From assembly GCA_963738325.1 (NCBI GenBank), contig CAVTWD010000015.1:30767-94766 (forward strand): 64,000 bases of DNA, read 5' to 3'. The notes beneath the pieces were generated by a model. That model was not told the DNA's origin. It searched no databases and saw nothing but the letters and a program-made list of their open reading frames with translations. A program made the translations under genes and the position numbers. This document shows positions 9,599 to 19,355 of this stretch, one piece after another. The DNA comes from an uncultured Acidimicrobiales bacterium (GTDB lineage: Bacteria; Actinomycetota; Acidimicrobiia; Acidimicrobiales; Ilumatobacteraceae). The first letter of the stretch is position 1. Each line of letters opens with the position of its first letter.

Positions 9599-11106
9599 CG
9601 TGGATCGTGGCCGGCGCCTGCCTCGTCGCGGTGCTCGCCCAAGGCCCCCGCTGGCTGCGCATCGCCCAGCGCGAGCACTACCTGGCCAGCTCGGTCAGCC
9701 GGTTCGCGCTGCGCTGGTGGCGGTCGAGGCCGGGTAATGTCGCTCTGTTCGTCGTCGCCGTCGCCACCGCGGCCGCCGCGTTCGCCCTGCCCGAGCTCGG
9801 CCTCGTCGCCGCGCTCATCACGGTGCTCGCGCCGATCGGCCTCGGCTTGCGCGGTCGAACGTCGAAGCTCGTGTGGACCCGCCGCCTGAAGACGCTCGCC
9901 GCCATCGCGACCGTGATCGACGCAGCCGTGATCCTCGGCCTCCGCGTGGTGGCGCCGGCCTGGTGCGTGCTGCAGCCCCTCGTCGTCGACCTCAGCCTCT
10001 GGATCGCCGGCCCGTTCGAGCGCCTCGCCGCCCGCCGCTACGTCCGCTCGGCGACCGAGAAGCTCCGCGCCGTGCACCCGACCACGGTGGCCATCACGGG
10101 CTCCTACGGCAAGACGACGACGAAGGGGTACCTGCGGCACCTGGCCAGTGGGTCGCGGTCCGTGCTCGCCAGCCCGGCCAGCTTCAACAACACGGGCGGG
10201 CTCTCGCGCACGCTGAACGAGCACCTTGCCCCCGGCACCGAGGTCTTCGTCGCGGAGATGGGGACGTACGGCCCGGGCGAGATCGCGTCGATGGTCTCGT
10301 GGGTCAAGCCGGACGTCGCCGCCATCGTGAACGTCGGCCCCGTCCACCTCGAGCGGATGCGCTCGCTCGACGGCATCGTGGCGGCGAAGTCCGAGATCTT
10401 CGCCACGGCCCGAGCCGCGGTGCTGAACGTCGACGCGCACGGCCTGGCCACCGTCGCTGATCGTCTCGAGGCCGAGGGGCGCCGCGTGATCCGCGTGTCC
10501 ACCGGCGACGTGGGCGCCGACGTCTGCGTGCGTCCCGCGGCCGACGATCCCACCGCCCTCGAGGTCTACGTGCACGGCGAGCACTGCCACCGCATCACGG
10601 GCAGCTCCGCTCATCCGTCCAACGTCGCCGCCGCGGTGGGCCTCGTGCTGGCGTTGGACATCCCCGTCGAGCGCGTGCTCGGCCGGCTCGACACCTTGCC
10701 CGAGAGCGATCACCGCCAGCAGGTGGCACGCAGCGCGGCAGGGGTGACCGTGATCGACAACACGTTCTCGTCGAATCCCGCGAGCGCGGAGGCGTCGCTG
10801 GCTCTGCTCGGCCGCTTCGGTGGCCCGCACGCTCGCCGTGCCGTCGTCACTCCGGGCATGGTCGAGCTCGGCCCGGTCGCCCGCGAGGAGAACCGTCGCT
10901 TCGGTCAGGCCGCGGTGGCCGTTGCCTCGGATCTCCTGATCGTGGGCGTCACCAATCGCTTCGCCTTGCGCGCCGGTGCCTCCGGCTCGGCCGCGACCGT
11001 TCGGCTCGTCAGGACGCGAGACGAGGCAGTGGACTGGGTGCGGGCCAACCTCCGCGATGGCGACGTGGTGCTGTACGAGAATGACCTCCCCGACCATTAC
11101 CCGTGA
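9595..11106 (+). CDS. Mur ligase family protein (MurF-like) with an N-terminal 3-4 helix membrane anchor
   Basis: Contains the P-loop ITGSYGKTTTK and Mur-ligase central and C-terminal regions. The first 130 aa or so are hydrophobic. Coupled to the upstream and downstream genes. Confidence 0.7.
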   Translation: MTWIVAGACLVAVLAQGPRWLRIAQREHYLASSVSRFALRWWRSRPGNVALFVVAVATAAAAFALPELGLVAALITVLAPIGLGLRGRTSKLVWTRRLKTLAAIATVIDAAVILGLRVVAPAWCVLQPLVVDLSLWIAGPFERLAARRYVRSATEKLRAVHPTTVAITGSYGKTTTKGYLRHLASGSRSVLASPASFNNTGGLSRTLNEHLAPGTEVFVAEMGTYGPGEIASMVSWVKPDVAAIVNVGPVHLERMRSLDGIVAAKSEIFATARAAVLNVDAHGLATVADRLEAEGRRVIRVSTGDVGADVCVRPAADDPTALEVYVHGEHCHRITGSSAHPSNVAAAVGLVLALDIPVERVLGRLDTLPESDHRQQVARSAAGVTVIDNTFSSNPASAEASLALLGRFGGPHARRAVVTPGMVELGPVAREENRRFGQAAVAVASDLLIVGVTNRFALRAGASGSAATVRLVRTRDEAVDWVRANLRDGDVVLYENDLPDHYP

Positions 11107-12230
11107 GAGGTGCCAGCGTGGATCGACCGGCAGTCGTTTTCGGCGGGCCGTCCCCCGAACACGACATCAGCGTGCTCACCGGCCTCCAAGCGGCGCGCTG
11201 CCTGGCCGACGCCGACCAGGACCCCCTGGCCGTCTACTGGTCGAAGGCGGGATCGTTCCACGCCGTGCCCGCCGCCCTCGAAGCCAGGGACTTCGTCCAC
11301 GGCGTGCCGCCCAAGGCGGACGGTCTGGAGCTCGTGGCGCAACCCGGCGGAGGATTCGTCGGTGAGCGCGGGCGGTTCGGCAAGCGCGCTCCCCTCGACA
11401 TCGGCGCCGTCGTGAACTGCTGCCACGGCGGCCCAGGCGAGGACGGGACGCTCCAGGCCGCCCTCGATCTGGCCGGCGTGCCCTATACGGGCCCCGGTGC
11501 CGCCGGTGCCGCGCTGGGCATGGACAAGCTGGCCTTCGGCGGGGTCATGGCCGCCGCCGAGATTGCCTGCCTGCCGAGGTTCGCGTTGAGCGAGGACGGC
11601 CCGCAGCCCCCGTTCACCGGGCCGTACATCGTGAAGCCCCGCTTCGGCGGCTCGTCGATCGGCATAGAGATCATCGACGATCTCGCCACCGCACGCGCGT
11701 TGGCGGCCTCCTCGCCCCACTTCCGTGACGGCGCGGTGCTCGAGCCGTACCGGCCAGATGCCGTCGATCTCAACATTTCCGTGCGCACCTGGCCGTCGCT
11801 GACGCTCTCGGCCATCGAGCGGCCGATCCGCCAGGAGGCCTCGGGGCGCATCTACACCTACGCGGAGAAGTACCTCGGTGGCGGCGAGGGTCTGTCGTCG
11901 GCCCCGCGCGAACTGCCCGCCGACATCCCCGACGATCTTGCGGAACGGGTGCGGCGGGTGGCGGTGGCCGTCGCGGCGGTGGCTCTGGTGCGGGGCGCGC
12001 CGCGCATCGACTTCCTCTGGGACGGCCCCGAGCTGTGGGTGAACGAGATCAACACCATCCCGGGCGCGATGGGTTGGTACTTGTGGCACGCCAGCGGGGT
12101 GAGCTTCGCCCAGCTGCTGGCCGACTTGTTGGACGAGGCCAGGCGCGGCCCCGTACGCACCCGCACCACCGAGGGGGCCGATGGCACGGCGTTGCGCGCC
12201 GCTGGCTCGATCGCCGGCAAGCTCGCTTAG
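11103..12230 (+). CDS. ddl: D-alanine--D-alanine ligase
   Basis: ATP-grasp Ddl signature (AVVFGGPSPEHDISVLTG...EINTIPG). The start overlaps the MurF-like stop (GTGA). An alternative GTG lies at 11118. Confidence 0.85.
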   Translation: MRGASVDRPAVVFGGPSPEHDISVLTGLQAARCLADADQDPLAVYWSKAGSFHAVPAALEARDFVHGVPPKADGLELVAQPGGGFVGERGRFGKRAPLDIGAVVNCCHGGPGEDGTLQAALDLAGVPYTGPGAAGAALGMDKLAFGGVMAAAEIACLPRFALSEDGPQPPFTGPYIVKPRFGGSSIGIEIIDDLATARALAASSPHFRDGAVLEPYRPDAVDLNISVRTWPSLTLSAIERPIRQEASGRIYTYAEKYLGGGEGLSSAPRELPADIPDDLAERVRRVAVAVAAVALVRGAPRIDFLWDGPELWVNEINTIPGAMGWYLWHASGVSFAQLLADLLDEARRGPVRTRTTEGADGTALRAAGSIAGKLA

Positions 12231-12239
12231 ACTTTAGGG

Positions 12240-13225
12240 CTTGAGCGGATAGGCGTTTCAGTTGGGGCTCCAGCGGTTTCGCCAGTCGATGAGCTTTGCG
12301 GTGAGTAGTACGGCGACCGCCAGGGTGAATTGGGCGAGTCGGTGGAGTGTTCGCCGGTCGGTGTTGCGGCGGAGTTGACCGAAGTTCGACAGCCACGAGT
12401 TTGTCCGCTCGTTCGGCCAGCGCAGCCCCATGGGAATGTTCGTGGTGCCCTCGCCGGCGTTGCGTTGGCGCTTGGTGGCGAGGCTCGCATCGTCAATCTG
12501 GCGCTCGGCGAGGCGTTGGCGAGTGACGCCACTGTCGTAGCCGCGGTCGAGCCACAACGTGTCGATCTCGGTGAGCAGACAGCGCCCGGCGGCGTCATCG
12601 AGGGTGGGTGCGAGCAGCACCGAGTCGTTGCGGTTGGCACCGTCGATCGTCCAGCCGATGGGCACCCCATGCCGTTCGGAGGCCACGGACCACTTCCAGC
12701 CCAACTTCCCACGATCGGTGGGGTTCGGGCCGGTCCCCTCACCACCGTAGGGAGCGTTGTGCAGCGACCCGTCGAGACTGACCTCGGACAGGTCCAGCCC
12801 GATGATCCGGTCGTAGTCGCCGATCGCTTCCTCTGCGATGGCGGCGAAGACCCCGGCGGCGATCCACTCGTCGCGGCGGTCGCGCACGGTCGTGTCGGAG
12901 ACCTCGCTGCCACACAGCCGCTCGGCGTCTTCCCACGAGCATCCCCTCGCCCACCGCACGAGCATCACCCCAAAGCACGCCCGGTCCGACGCCCGATGGC
13001 GGTGACAGCCGAGCGGATGGGTCACCTGCCGGACTGGGATCAGCGGCTCGACTGCTCGCCAGATCACCTCCACAACTTCGGGATCAAGTGCGCGCATAAT
13101 GGTGAAGACCTCCACTCGGTCGTTGTTCGTGTTCAGCAACCCCGATTCTCTCGGGGCCACCACAACGACCGGTGGATGGTCACCTCGTCGCGAACTACCT
13201 GGTCAAAGGCCATTTCGTCTACCCG
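12240..13225. mobile_element. IS5-family (IS427/IS1031-group-like) insertion sequence; boundaries approximate
   Basis: Single DDE transposase ORF. Imperfect terminal inverted repeats GGCGTTTCAGTTGG (12252) and CCTGGTCAAAGGCC (13198). CTTAG is present on both flanks (12226 and about 13232). Inserted immediately after the ddl stop. Confidence 0.5.
12258..13097 (-). CDS. IS5-family DDE transposase
   Basis: Shows GWKWSVASERHGVPIGW...ANRNDS and an N-terminal HTH (MRALDPEVVEVIWRAVEPLIP). The ORF could extend to 13163. Confidence 0.8.
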   Translation of the reverse strand: MRALDPEVVEVIWRAVEPLIPVRQVTHPLGCHRHRASDRACFGVMLVRWARGCSWEDAERLCGSEVSDTTVRDRRDEWIAAGVFAAIAEEAIGDYDRIIGLDLSEVSLDGSLHNAPYGGEGTGPNPTDRGKLGWKWSVASERHGVPIGWTIDGANRNDSVLLAPTLDDAAGRCLLTEIDTLWLDRGYDSGVTRQRLAERQIDDASLATKRQRNAGEGTTNIPMGLRWPNERTNSWLSNFGQLRRNTDRRTLHRLAQFTLAVAVLLTAKLIDWRNRWSPN

Positions 13226-13322
13226 CGCCGCCTCTTAGGACAAGTCCTGTTACCGTTGCTCAGAGACACGGCATCGTCGGAGTCGGGGCACGCGGGCGAG
13301 GCGGGGAGGCGGGGAGGCGGGG

Positions 13323-14612
13323 ATGTATAGGGCCACTGTGATTGGCATCGTCGCGACCATGACGGCGCTGGCACTGGCAGGATGCGGGAGCAAGGCAGCC
13401 ACCAGCGCGCCAGCAGCCACCAGCGCGCCAGCAGCCAGCACGACAACGGCACCTGCCAGCACGACAACGGCACCTGCCAGCACGACTGCAAGGTCTGCGG
13501 CCGCGCCATCCACGACCACGATGCCCCCGGTCATGAGCGCGTCCTCGGTGGCGCAGTTCGTGACGACCTTCTACAACCAGTATCTGGCCTGCCAGGGAAC
13601 GAACGCTGTTACCTGTTCCAGCAGCGTCGTGAACAAGTACGGCACGCCGAAACTCGACTCGTATTACACACCCGCAGCGGGCTACGAATATGACAGCGAC
13701 CCCATCCTGTGCGCCCAGGACTCCCCGACAGGGGTCCAGGTGTCAGGCGTGACGACGACGCCGAACACCGCTTCGGGAACGGTGAACGAGGAGGGCTTCG
13801 GCTCGGCGAACACGACCACTTTCGTAGTCGTCAACCAATCGGGCACGTTGAAAATCGACACCATCACCTGCAATCCGCCGTTGATGCCAGACAAGCAGCT
13901 CACGGGTGGGGGCGGTACCGGATCCACGGGCGGCTCGGCAACAAGCCTCGACGGCACGTACACGATCTCCCTGCCGCCGGGCGACGACAGCTGCGGCTCC
14001 CCGTCCTTGAGCGCGGAGACCCTCACCGTCAGCGGCACGACGGCGAGCATCACTGCGGTCGGCGGGCAAACCCCATTTCACGGCACAGCAACCACCGCAG
14101 GATCGACGTTCTCGATGCACATCACGAACGGCATCACCGGCCCCGGTGCCATCGTCATCGACCTCACCGGCAGCATCGAGCCGAACGGCGCTCTGTCGGG
14201 TCAGAGTGTGAACGGCGGCGTCTACCCGGGTGGCACGAACGGCTTCGGCTGTAGCTTTCCATTCACCGCCACCCGCACCTCGGCGAAAGCGGGACCACCG
14301 GCGAGCAGCGCGCCCGTCACCACTCCCTCAGCCGGTAGCGCCGCCCCCTGCACCCGAGCCGCGATCACGGCCGCCGCCCGGGCCGCCGCCGGAGCGGACT
14401 TCGACGGCCTGGCCGGCGGCACGGCGGCCTTCGGCTGCTCGGGCCGGTTCGCCTACACGTTCGCCACCGTCGGGTCGGGTAACACCGAGGTCGACGTCAC
14501 GATGCTGTTCATGGCGACCAACGGCACCTGGCAGTCCGCCGACCGGGGCATCTACTGCCAAGACGGCTCGGTACCTCGGGAGATCTATCGGCCCGCGTGC
14601 GAAACCCAATGA
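13323..14612 (+). CDS. lipoprotein of unknown function with an N-terminal Ala/Thr/Ser-Pro low-complexity linker
   Basis: Signal peptide with lipobox LALAGC, tandem ATSAPAA/STTTAPA repeats, and a Cys-containing C-terminal domain. A GGCGGGGA x3 repeat sits immediately upstream of the start. Confidence 0.7.
   Translation: MYRATVIGIVATMTALALAGCGSKAATSAPAATSAPAASTTTAPASTTTAPASTTARSAAAPSTTTMPPVMSASSVAQFVTTFYNQYLACQGTNAVTCSSSVVNKYGTPKLDSYYTPAAGYEYDSDPILCAQDSPTGVQVSGVTTTPNTASGTVNEEGFGSANTTTFVVVNQSGTLKIDTITCNPPLMPDKQLTGGGGTGSTGGSATSLDGTYTISLPPGDDSCGSPSLSAETLTVSGTTASITAVGGQTPFHGTATTAGSTFSMHITNGITGPGAIVIDLTGSIEPNGALSGQSVNGGVYPGGTNGFGCSFPFTATRTSAKAGPPASSAPVTTPSAGSAAPCTRAAITAAARAAAGADFDGLAGGTAAFGCSGRFAYTFATVGSGNTEVDVTMLFMATNGTWQSADRGIYCQDGSVPREIYRPACETQ
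13399..13500. repeat. short tandem direct repeats inside the lipoprotein linker (2 x about 21 bp and 2 x about 21 bp)
   Basis: ccaccagcgcgccagcagc occurs twice and cagcacgacaacggcacctgc occurs twice. Confidence 0.7.
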
Positions 14613-14811
14613 CCGAGGACCCCGTCAAACTCGCCCGGCGACTGGGCGGGTGGTGAGGCCTCGTTTCGTCACGCTCGTCGGATACAGGCCCAACCAAACT
14701 TGATCTGGACGGGATATCCGGCTCTGACGGACTCGTCTCACCGTCGACACCGTAATCAGGGGCGTGGGTTCCGCGGACAGGCCGGGCTGTGGGCAGCAGA
14801 GGGGTGGCCTG

Positions 14812-15057
14812 GTGAGCGACACTTCGGGGCCGGGTTGGTGGCTGGCGTCAGATGGCCAGTGGTGTCCGCCACGATGGGAGTACCGATGGTTCTCGATGGT
14901 GGCCTGGCCCGAAGGCGGGATTTCGGGGTCCGGATCTGAACGGTGCGTTGCATTGCAGGGAACAGTGGAAAATGCGGCCAGCCTCGGGGGGCAGGGATGG
15001 GAGATGGTTAACTTCACGACGCAATTGGTCGAGAACGAACCCGGTTCTGTTAGCTGA
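14812..15057 (+). CDS. small Trp-rich hypothetical protein (about 81 aa), DUF2510-like GWW..DG.W.PP motif
   Basis: GTG start after a GAGGGGTGG SD. Peptide reads VSDTSGPGWWLASDGQWCPPRWEYRWFSMVAWPEG... The stop is followed by the hairpin AAGGGG-accttcc-CCCCTT. Confidence 0.3.
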   Translation: MSDTSGPGWWLASDGQWCPPRWEYRWFSMVAWPEGGISGSGSERCVALQGTVENAASLGGQGWEMVNFTTQLVENEPGSVS

Positions 15058-15065
15058 AGGAGAGA

Positions 15066-15086
15066 AGGGGACCTTCCCCCCTTCGA
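15066..15086 (+). terminator. GC hairpin downstream of the small ORF (putative intrinsic terminator, no U-tail)
   Basis: The arms aagggg and cccctt are complementary around an accttcc loop. Confidence 0.3.
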
Positions 15087-15193
15087 AACCCCCCATCCTC
15101 GCAGCTCCGCTCGGCCGGCCGAGCCGGACCAGCTCCGCACGAATGCCTGCCAGAAGGCACCTTCAGGTCGTCGGTCCGCGAGGCGAACTGGCT

Positions 15194-15799
15194 TCACGGG
15201 CGCAGGGCGGCGTGCACGTACACGAAGAGCTCGCGCCGCAGGCGGCGCAGCGACGCGATTGACGCGTCGAGCCCGACGACTCGTTGCGCTTCCAGCTCCG
15301 TGGCGGCCCCGACCACCGTGGCATAGAGCAGCAGCACCGTGAGGCGGGGATCCGCCTGGCGCACCGTGCCGGCCGCCATCTCGTCGTCGAGGAACGCCCC
15401 CGCCCGGTCCACCAGCGGTTGCAGCCCCTGCTCCAACCGGCCGGCCGGTCCCGCCCCCAGCCGGTTCACCTCGCGCAGCAGCCCGAGTACCGCAGGCCGG
15501 CGCACCCCGAAGCGGAAGACGGCGCCGAGCACCAGCTCGACCCGGGCCAGGCCGTCGCCACCACGGGCCAGAGCGCCCTCTATCGCCTCCGCCAACGCCG
15601 CGGCCACGTGGTCGATCACCGCGTCGAGCAAACTCTCCTTCGAGTCGAACCAGTAGAGGATGGTCTGCTTCGTGATACCGAGCTCGCCCGCCAACGCGTC
15701 GAGCGACGTGGCTTCGTAGCCGCGCGTACCGAAAGCGGAGAGAGCGGCGTCGACGATCCGCCGGGCGGTCTCGGACGGTCGATGGTCTGCCCGGGGCAC
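15194..15799 (-). CDS. TetR/AcrR-family transcriptional regulator
   Basis: N-terminal HTH (ARRIVDAALSAFGTRGYEATSLDALAGELGITKQTILYWFDSKESLL). Divergent from the FAR gene. Confidence 0.85.
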   Translation of the reverse strand: MPRADHRPSETARRIVDAALSAFGTRGYEATSLDALAGELGITKQTILYWFDSKESLLDAVIDHVAAALAEAIEGALARGGDGLARVELVLGAVFRFGVRRPAVLGLLREVNRLGAGPAGRLEQGLQPLVDRAGAFLDDEMAAGTVRQADPRLTVLLLYATVVGAATELEAQRVVGLDASIASLRRLRRELFVYVHAALRP

Positions 15800-15800
15800 T

Positions 15801-15812
15801 TACCATATGGTA
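15801..15812. promoter_or_regulatory. perfect 12-bp palindrome TACCATATGGTA between the divergent TetR and FAR starts (candidate TetR operator)
   Basis: The palindrome lies in the 24-bp divergent intergenic gap. Confidence 0.5.
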
Positions 15813-15823
15813 GACAATCGAGC

Positions 15824-18173
15824 GTGATCGCCGAGACCCTCGCCGGTTCGCGCATCGCCATCACCGGAGGGACGGGGTTCGTGGGGACGGCGCTCGTCGA
15901 GCGACTGCTCCGCGACGTGCCGCGTTGCGAGGTCGTGCTCCTCGTACGCGCCGGCCGCCGCTCCAGCGCCGCGCAGCGGGTGCAGCGCGAGATCCTGAAG
16001 AACGACGCCTTCGACCGGCTGCGTCGGGAGGTCGGCCGGGACGGCTTCGCGGCCCTCGCCGAGCGCCAGGTGCACGTGATCGCGGGCGACGTCGGCACCG
16101 ACGGCCTAGGCCTCGACGACGCCGATCGCGCCATGCTGGCCAGCTGCAGCCGCGTCATCCACTCGGCCGCCACGGTCGCGTTCGACGCGCCCCTCGACGG
16201 TGCCGTCGAGGTCAACCTGCTCGGACCGTCACGCCTCGCGCTCCTCCTCCACGAGCTCGGCGTCAGCCCCCACCTCATCTCGGTGTCGACGTGCTACGTC
16301 GCCGGCAACCGTCGAGGGAAGGCTCCCGAGTCACCGGTGAGTGACGGCCCATTCGATCTGGGAGTGGACTGGCGCAAGGAGGTCGACGCGGCGCGGCGGG
16401 CACGGGCCGACACCGAGGCCGAGAGCCGCCAGCCCGAACGCCTGGCCGAGCTCCACAAGCGGGCGCGGGCCGAGCTGGGCGCGGCCGGTTCGCCGGCGCT
16501 CGCGGCCAAGACCGAGCAGCTGCGCGGGCGCTGGGTGGCCGATCGAATGGTCGAGCTCGGCCGAGCCCGAGCCGTCAGCCTGGGTTGGCCCGATGCCTAC
16601 GCGTACACGAAAGCCCTCGGCGAAGGGGCGCTGCTCGAGAACGCCGGGCCGGTGCCCGTCACGATCGTGCGGCCGTCGATCATCGAGTCATCGCTGGCCG
16701 AGCCGCGACCGGGCTGGATCCGCGGCTTCCGCATGGCCGAGCCGATCATCGTCTCCTATGCCCGAGGCCTGCTGAAGCAGTTCCCCGGCGTGCCGGAAGG
16801 AATCGTCGACGTGATCCCCGTCGACCTCGTCGTCGGCGCCATCTGCGCGGCGGCTGCGCTGGGCCCGGAGTCGGCACCCCCGATCGTGCAGGTGGCATCC
16901 GGCTCCCGCAACCCGCTGAAGTACCGCTTCCTCGTCGACACCGTGCGCCACTGGTTCGGTGAGCATCCGGTGTACGACAGCATCGGTCAGCCCATCGCGG
17001 TCGCCGACTTCGACTACTCCGCTCGCCACGAGGTCAAGGGCCAGCTCGAGCGGGCCAAGGGAATGATGTCGCGCGCCGAGAAGGTCCTCCACGCGTTGCC
17101 GTTGCGGGGCACGCAGGCCGCCTTCGCGGCCCGACTCGAGGAGCGGCGCAGCGAGGTGGAGCGGGCCCTGTCCTACGTCGAGCTGTACGGCAGCTACGCG
17201 GAGTGCGAGGCCGTCTACTCCGTCGACCAGCTGCTCGCGATGCAAGACGAGCTCAGTGCCGAGGATCTCGTTGCGTTCTCCTTCGACCCCGCCGCCATCG
17301 ACTGGGCGCACTACATCCGCGACGTCCACCTCCCGAGCGTCATCGAGCACGCCCGCGTGAAGACAACACCCACGCGCGGCCGCGCCGACCATCGCCGCGA
17401 TCGGCTGCGGGCCCAGGTCCTGTCACCGGAGCGTCACGTGGCCGCCTTCGACCTCGAGAACACGTTGATCGCCTCGAACGTCGTCGAGAGCTACTCGTGG
17501 TTGGCCACCCGACGCCTCCCCACGCAGGACCGGGTCCGCCTTGCCCTCAAGACGCTGGCCGAGGCCCCCGGGCTGCTCGCCTTGGACCGCCGCGACCGCG
17601 GCGACTTCCTCCGGGCGTTCTACCGACGCTACGAGGGCGCCCCGGTCGCCCAGATCGACGAGGACGCCACCGAGCTGTTCAGCCAACTCATCCTGGCCAA
17701 GAGCTTCCCCGCCGCCATCCGTCGAGTGCGCGAGCATCGCGCCGCCGGGCATCGCACCGTGTTGATCACCGGCGCGCTCGACTTCGCCGTCCGTTCCCTC
17801 CAACCGCTGTTCGACGAGATCATCGCCGCGCGACCTGAGCGTCCGTGACGACGGGACCTACTCGGGCGAGCTGACCGACGTGTCCCCCACGGGCGAGACG
17901 CGTGCGCAACTCCTCGCCGAGTACTGCGAAGCCGAGGGCCTGCGCTTGGACGAGTCGGTCGCGTATGCCGATTCGACGTCCGATCTGCCCCTGCTCGAGG
18001 CCGTGGGCTTTCCGGTGGCCGTGAACCCCGAGACCCGCTTGGCCACCCTTGCCCGGAAGCGGGGGTGGCTCGTGGAGGACTGGCGGAAGCCGCCCGGCTC
18101 CTCAGGGCCCCGGTTGCCGATCGGACCGGCCTGGCGCGCGCCGCGGGTCACGGAGCTGCGGGGCGCCCGATGA
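15824..18173 (+). pseudogene. fatty acyl-CoA reductase (thioester-reductase/NAD-binding) fused to a C-terminal HAD-IB hydrolase domain; -1 frameshift near 17830
   Basis: N-terminal region has ITGGTGFVG...YAYTK, an FAR/TE-reductase fold. The C-terminal part has HAD motif FDLENTLI and ...ADSTSDLPLLEAVGFPVAVNP. The HAD tail continues in another frame (17880..18173). Confidence 0.7.
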
Positions 18174-19355
18174 AAGCGCTTCGCTTCGAGCGCAGCATGG
18201 CCCGCTTCGCCGCGGCGCGTGTCGCCGGAGCCCTGCGACCGGGAGGCGGCGCCCTCGTCGGCCCGCTCGAGCTCGCCGATGTGGATCCACCCGAGCGCCC
18301 AGGGCCGGGCTGGGTCCGACTGCGCCCGCGACTCTCCGGCATCTGCGGCTCGGATCTCTCCACCATTGACGGCGCCGCCAGCCGCTACTTCTCCCCCATC
18401 GTCAGCTTTCCCTTCGTCCCGGGACACGAGGTCGTGGCCGACACCGACGACGACGAGCGCGGTCGTGCTCGAACCGGTGCTCGGTTGCGTGGCCCGTGGT
18501 CTCCATCCGGTGTGTCCCGCGTGTGCGGCCGGTCACCTCGGGAACTGTGAGCGCTTGGCCTTCGGTGACATCTCCCCCGGCCTGCAGACGGGCTTCTGCT
18601 GCGACACGGGCGGCGGCTGGGGCACGTTCATGGTCGCGCACGACAGCCAGCTGCACCGGGTGGCCGACGACATGACCGACGAGGCCGCCGTGATGATCGA
18701 GCCCGCCGCCTGCGCAGTGCACGCCGCGCTGAGCGGCGGCGTTCGCGACGGCGACACCGTGGTCGTACTAGGCGCAGGGACCTTGGGCTTGTTGACGGTG
18801 GCCGCCCTTCGGGCCTTCACCGGCGTCGGCACCCTCGTGGTGGGGGCCCGGTACGCCCATCAGCGGGGTTTCGCTGACCAGTTCGGGGCGGACCTCGTGA
18901 AAGAGCCGGACAAGCTCGGGCGGCTCGTGCGGCGCATGAGCGCGTCAATGGCATACGGCAACCAGCTGACCGGCGGGGCCGAGGTCGTCGTCGACTGCGT
19001 GGGCACGAGCGAGTCGATCGCGCAGTGCCTGACGCTCGTGAAGCCGCGTGGGCGGGTCGTGCTGGTCGGCATGCCGGGCTCGGTACGCCTCGACCTCACG
19101 ACGCTCTGGCACCGTGAGACCGAGCTCGCCGGTGCCTACGCCTACGGCACCGAGACCCTCGCCGACGGCTCGCGGCCGCGGACGTTCGAGCTCGCCTTCG
19201 AGCTGGTGCGGCGGGCCGGTCTCGACTGCCTGGTGTCGGCCACCTATCACCTGGCCGACTACCGGGAAGCGATCGAGCACGCGGCCACGGCCGGTCGCCG
19301 CGGTGCAGTCAAGATCGCCTTTGACCTCCGCCCTGAGAAGGAGCGAAACCGATGA
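18170..19355 (+). pseudogene. zinc-dependent alcohol dehydrogenase (MDR family) with a +1 frameshift near 18467
   Basis: Carries GICGSDL and GHEVV in the first frame and the Rossmann-fold remainder in the second. The start overlaps the upstream stop (ATGA). Confidence 0.7.

Noticed and set aside
1785-12230. Possible vancomycin-resistance-like set: a D-2-hydroxyacid dehydrogenase (VanH-like) and a Ddl (VanA-like).
   Set aside because: The two genes are 8 kb apart on opposite strands. The Ddl has the ordinary D-Ala-D-Ala ligase features. No VanX dipeptidase or VanRS two-component system is present.
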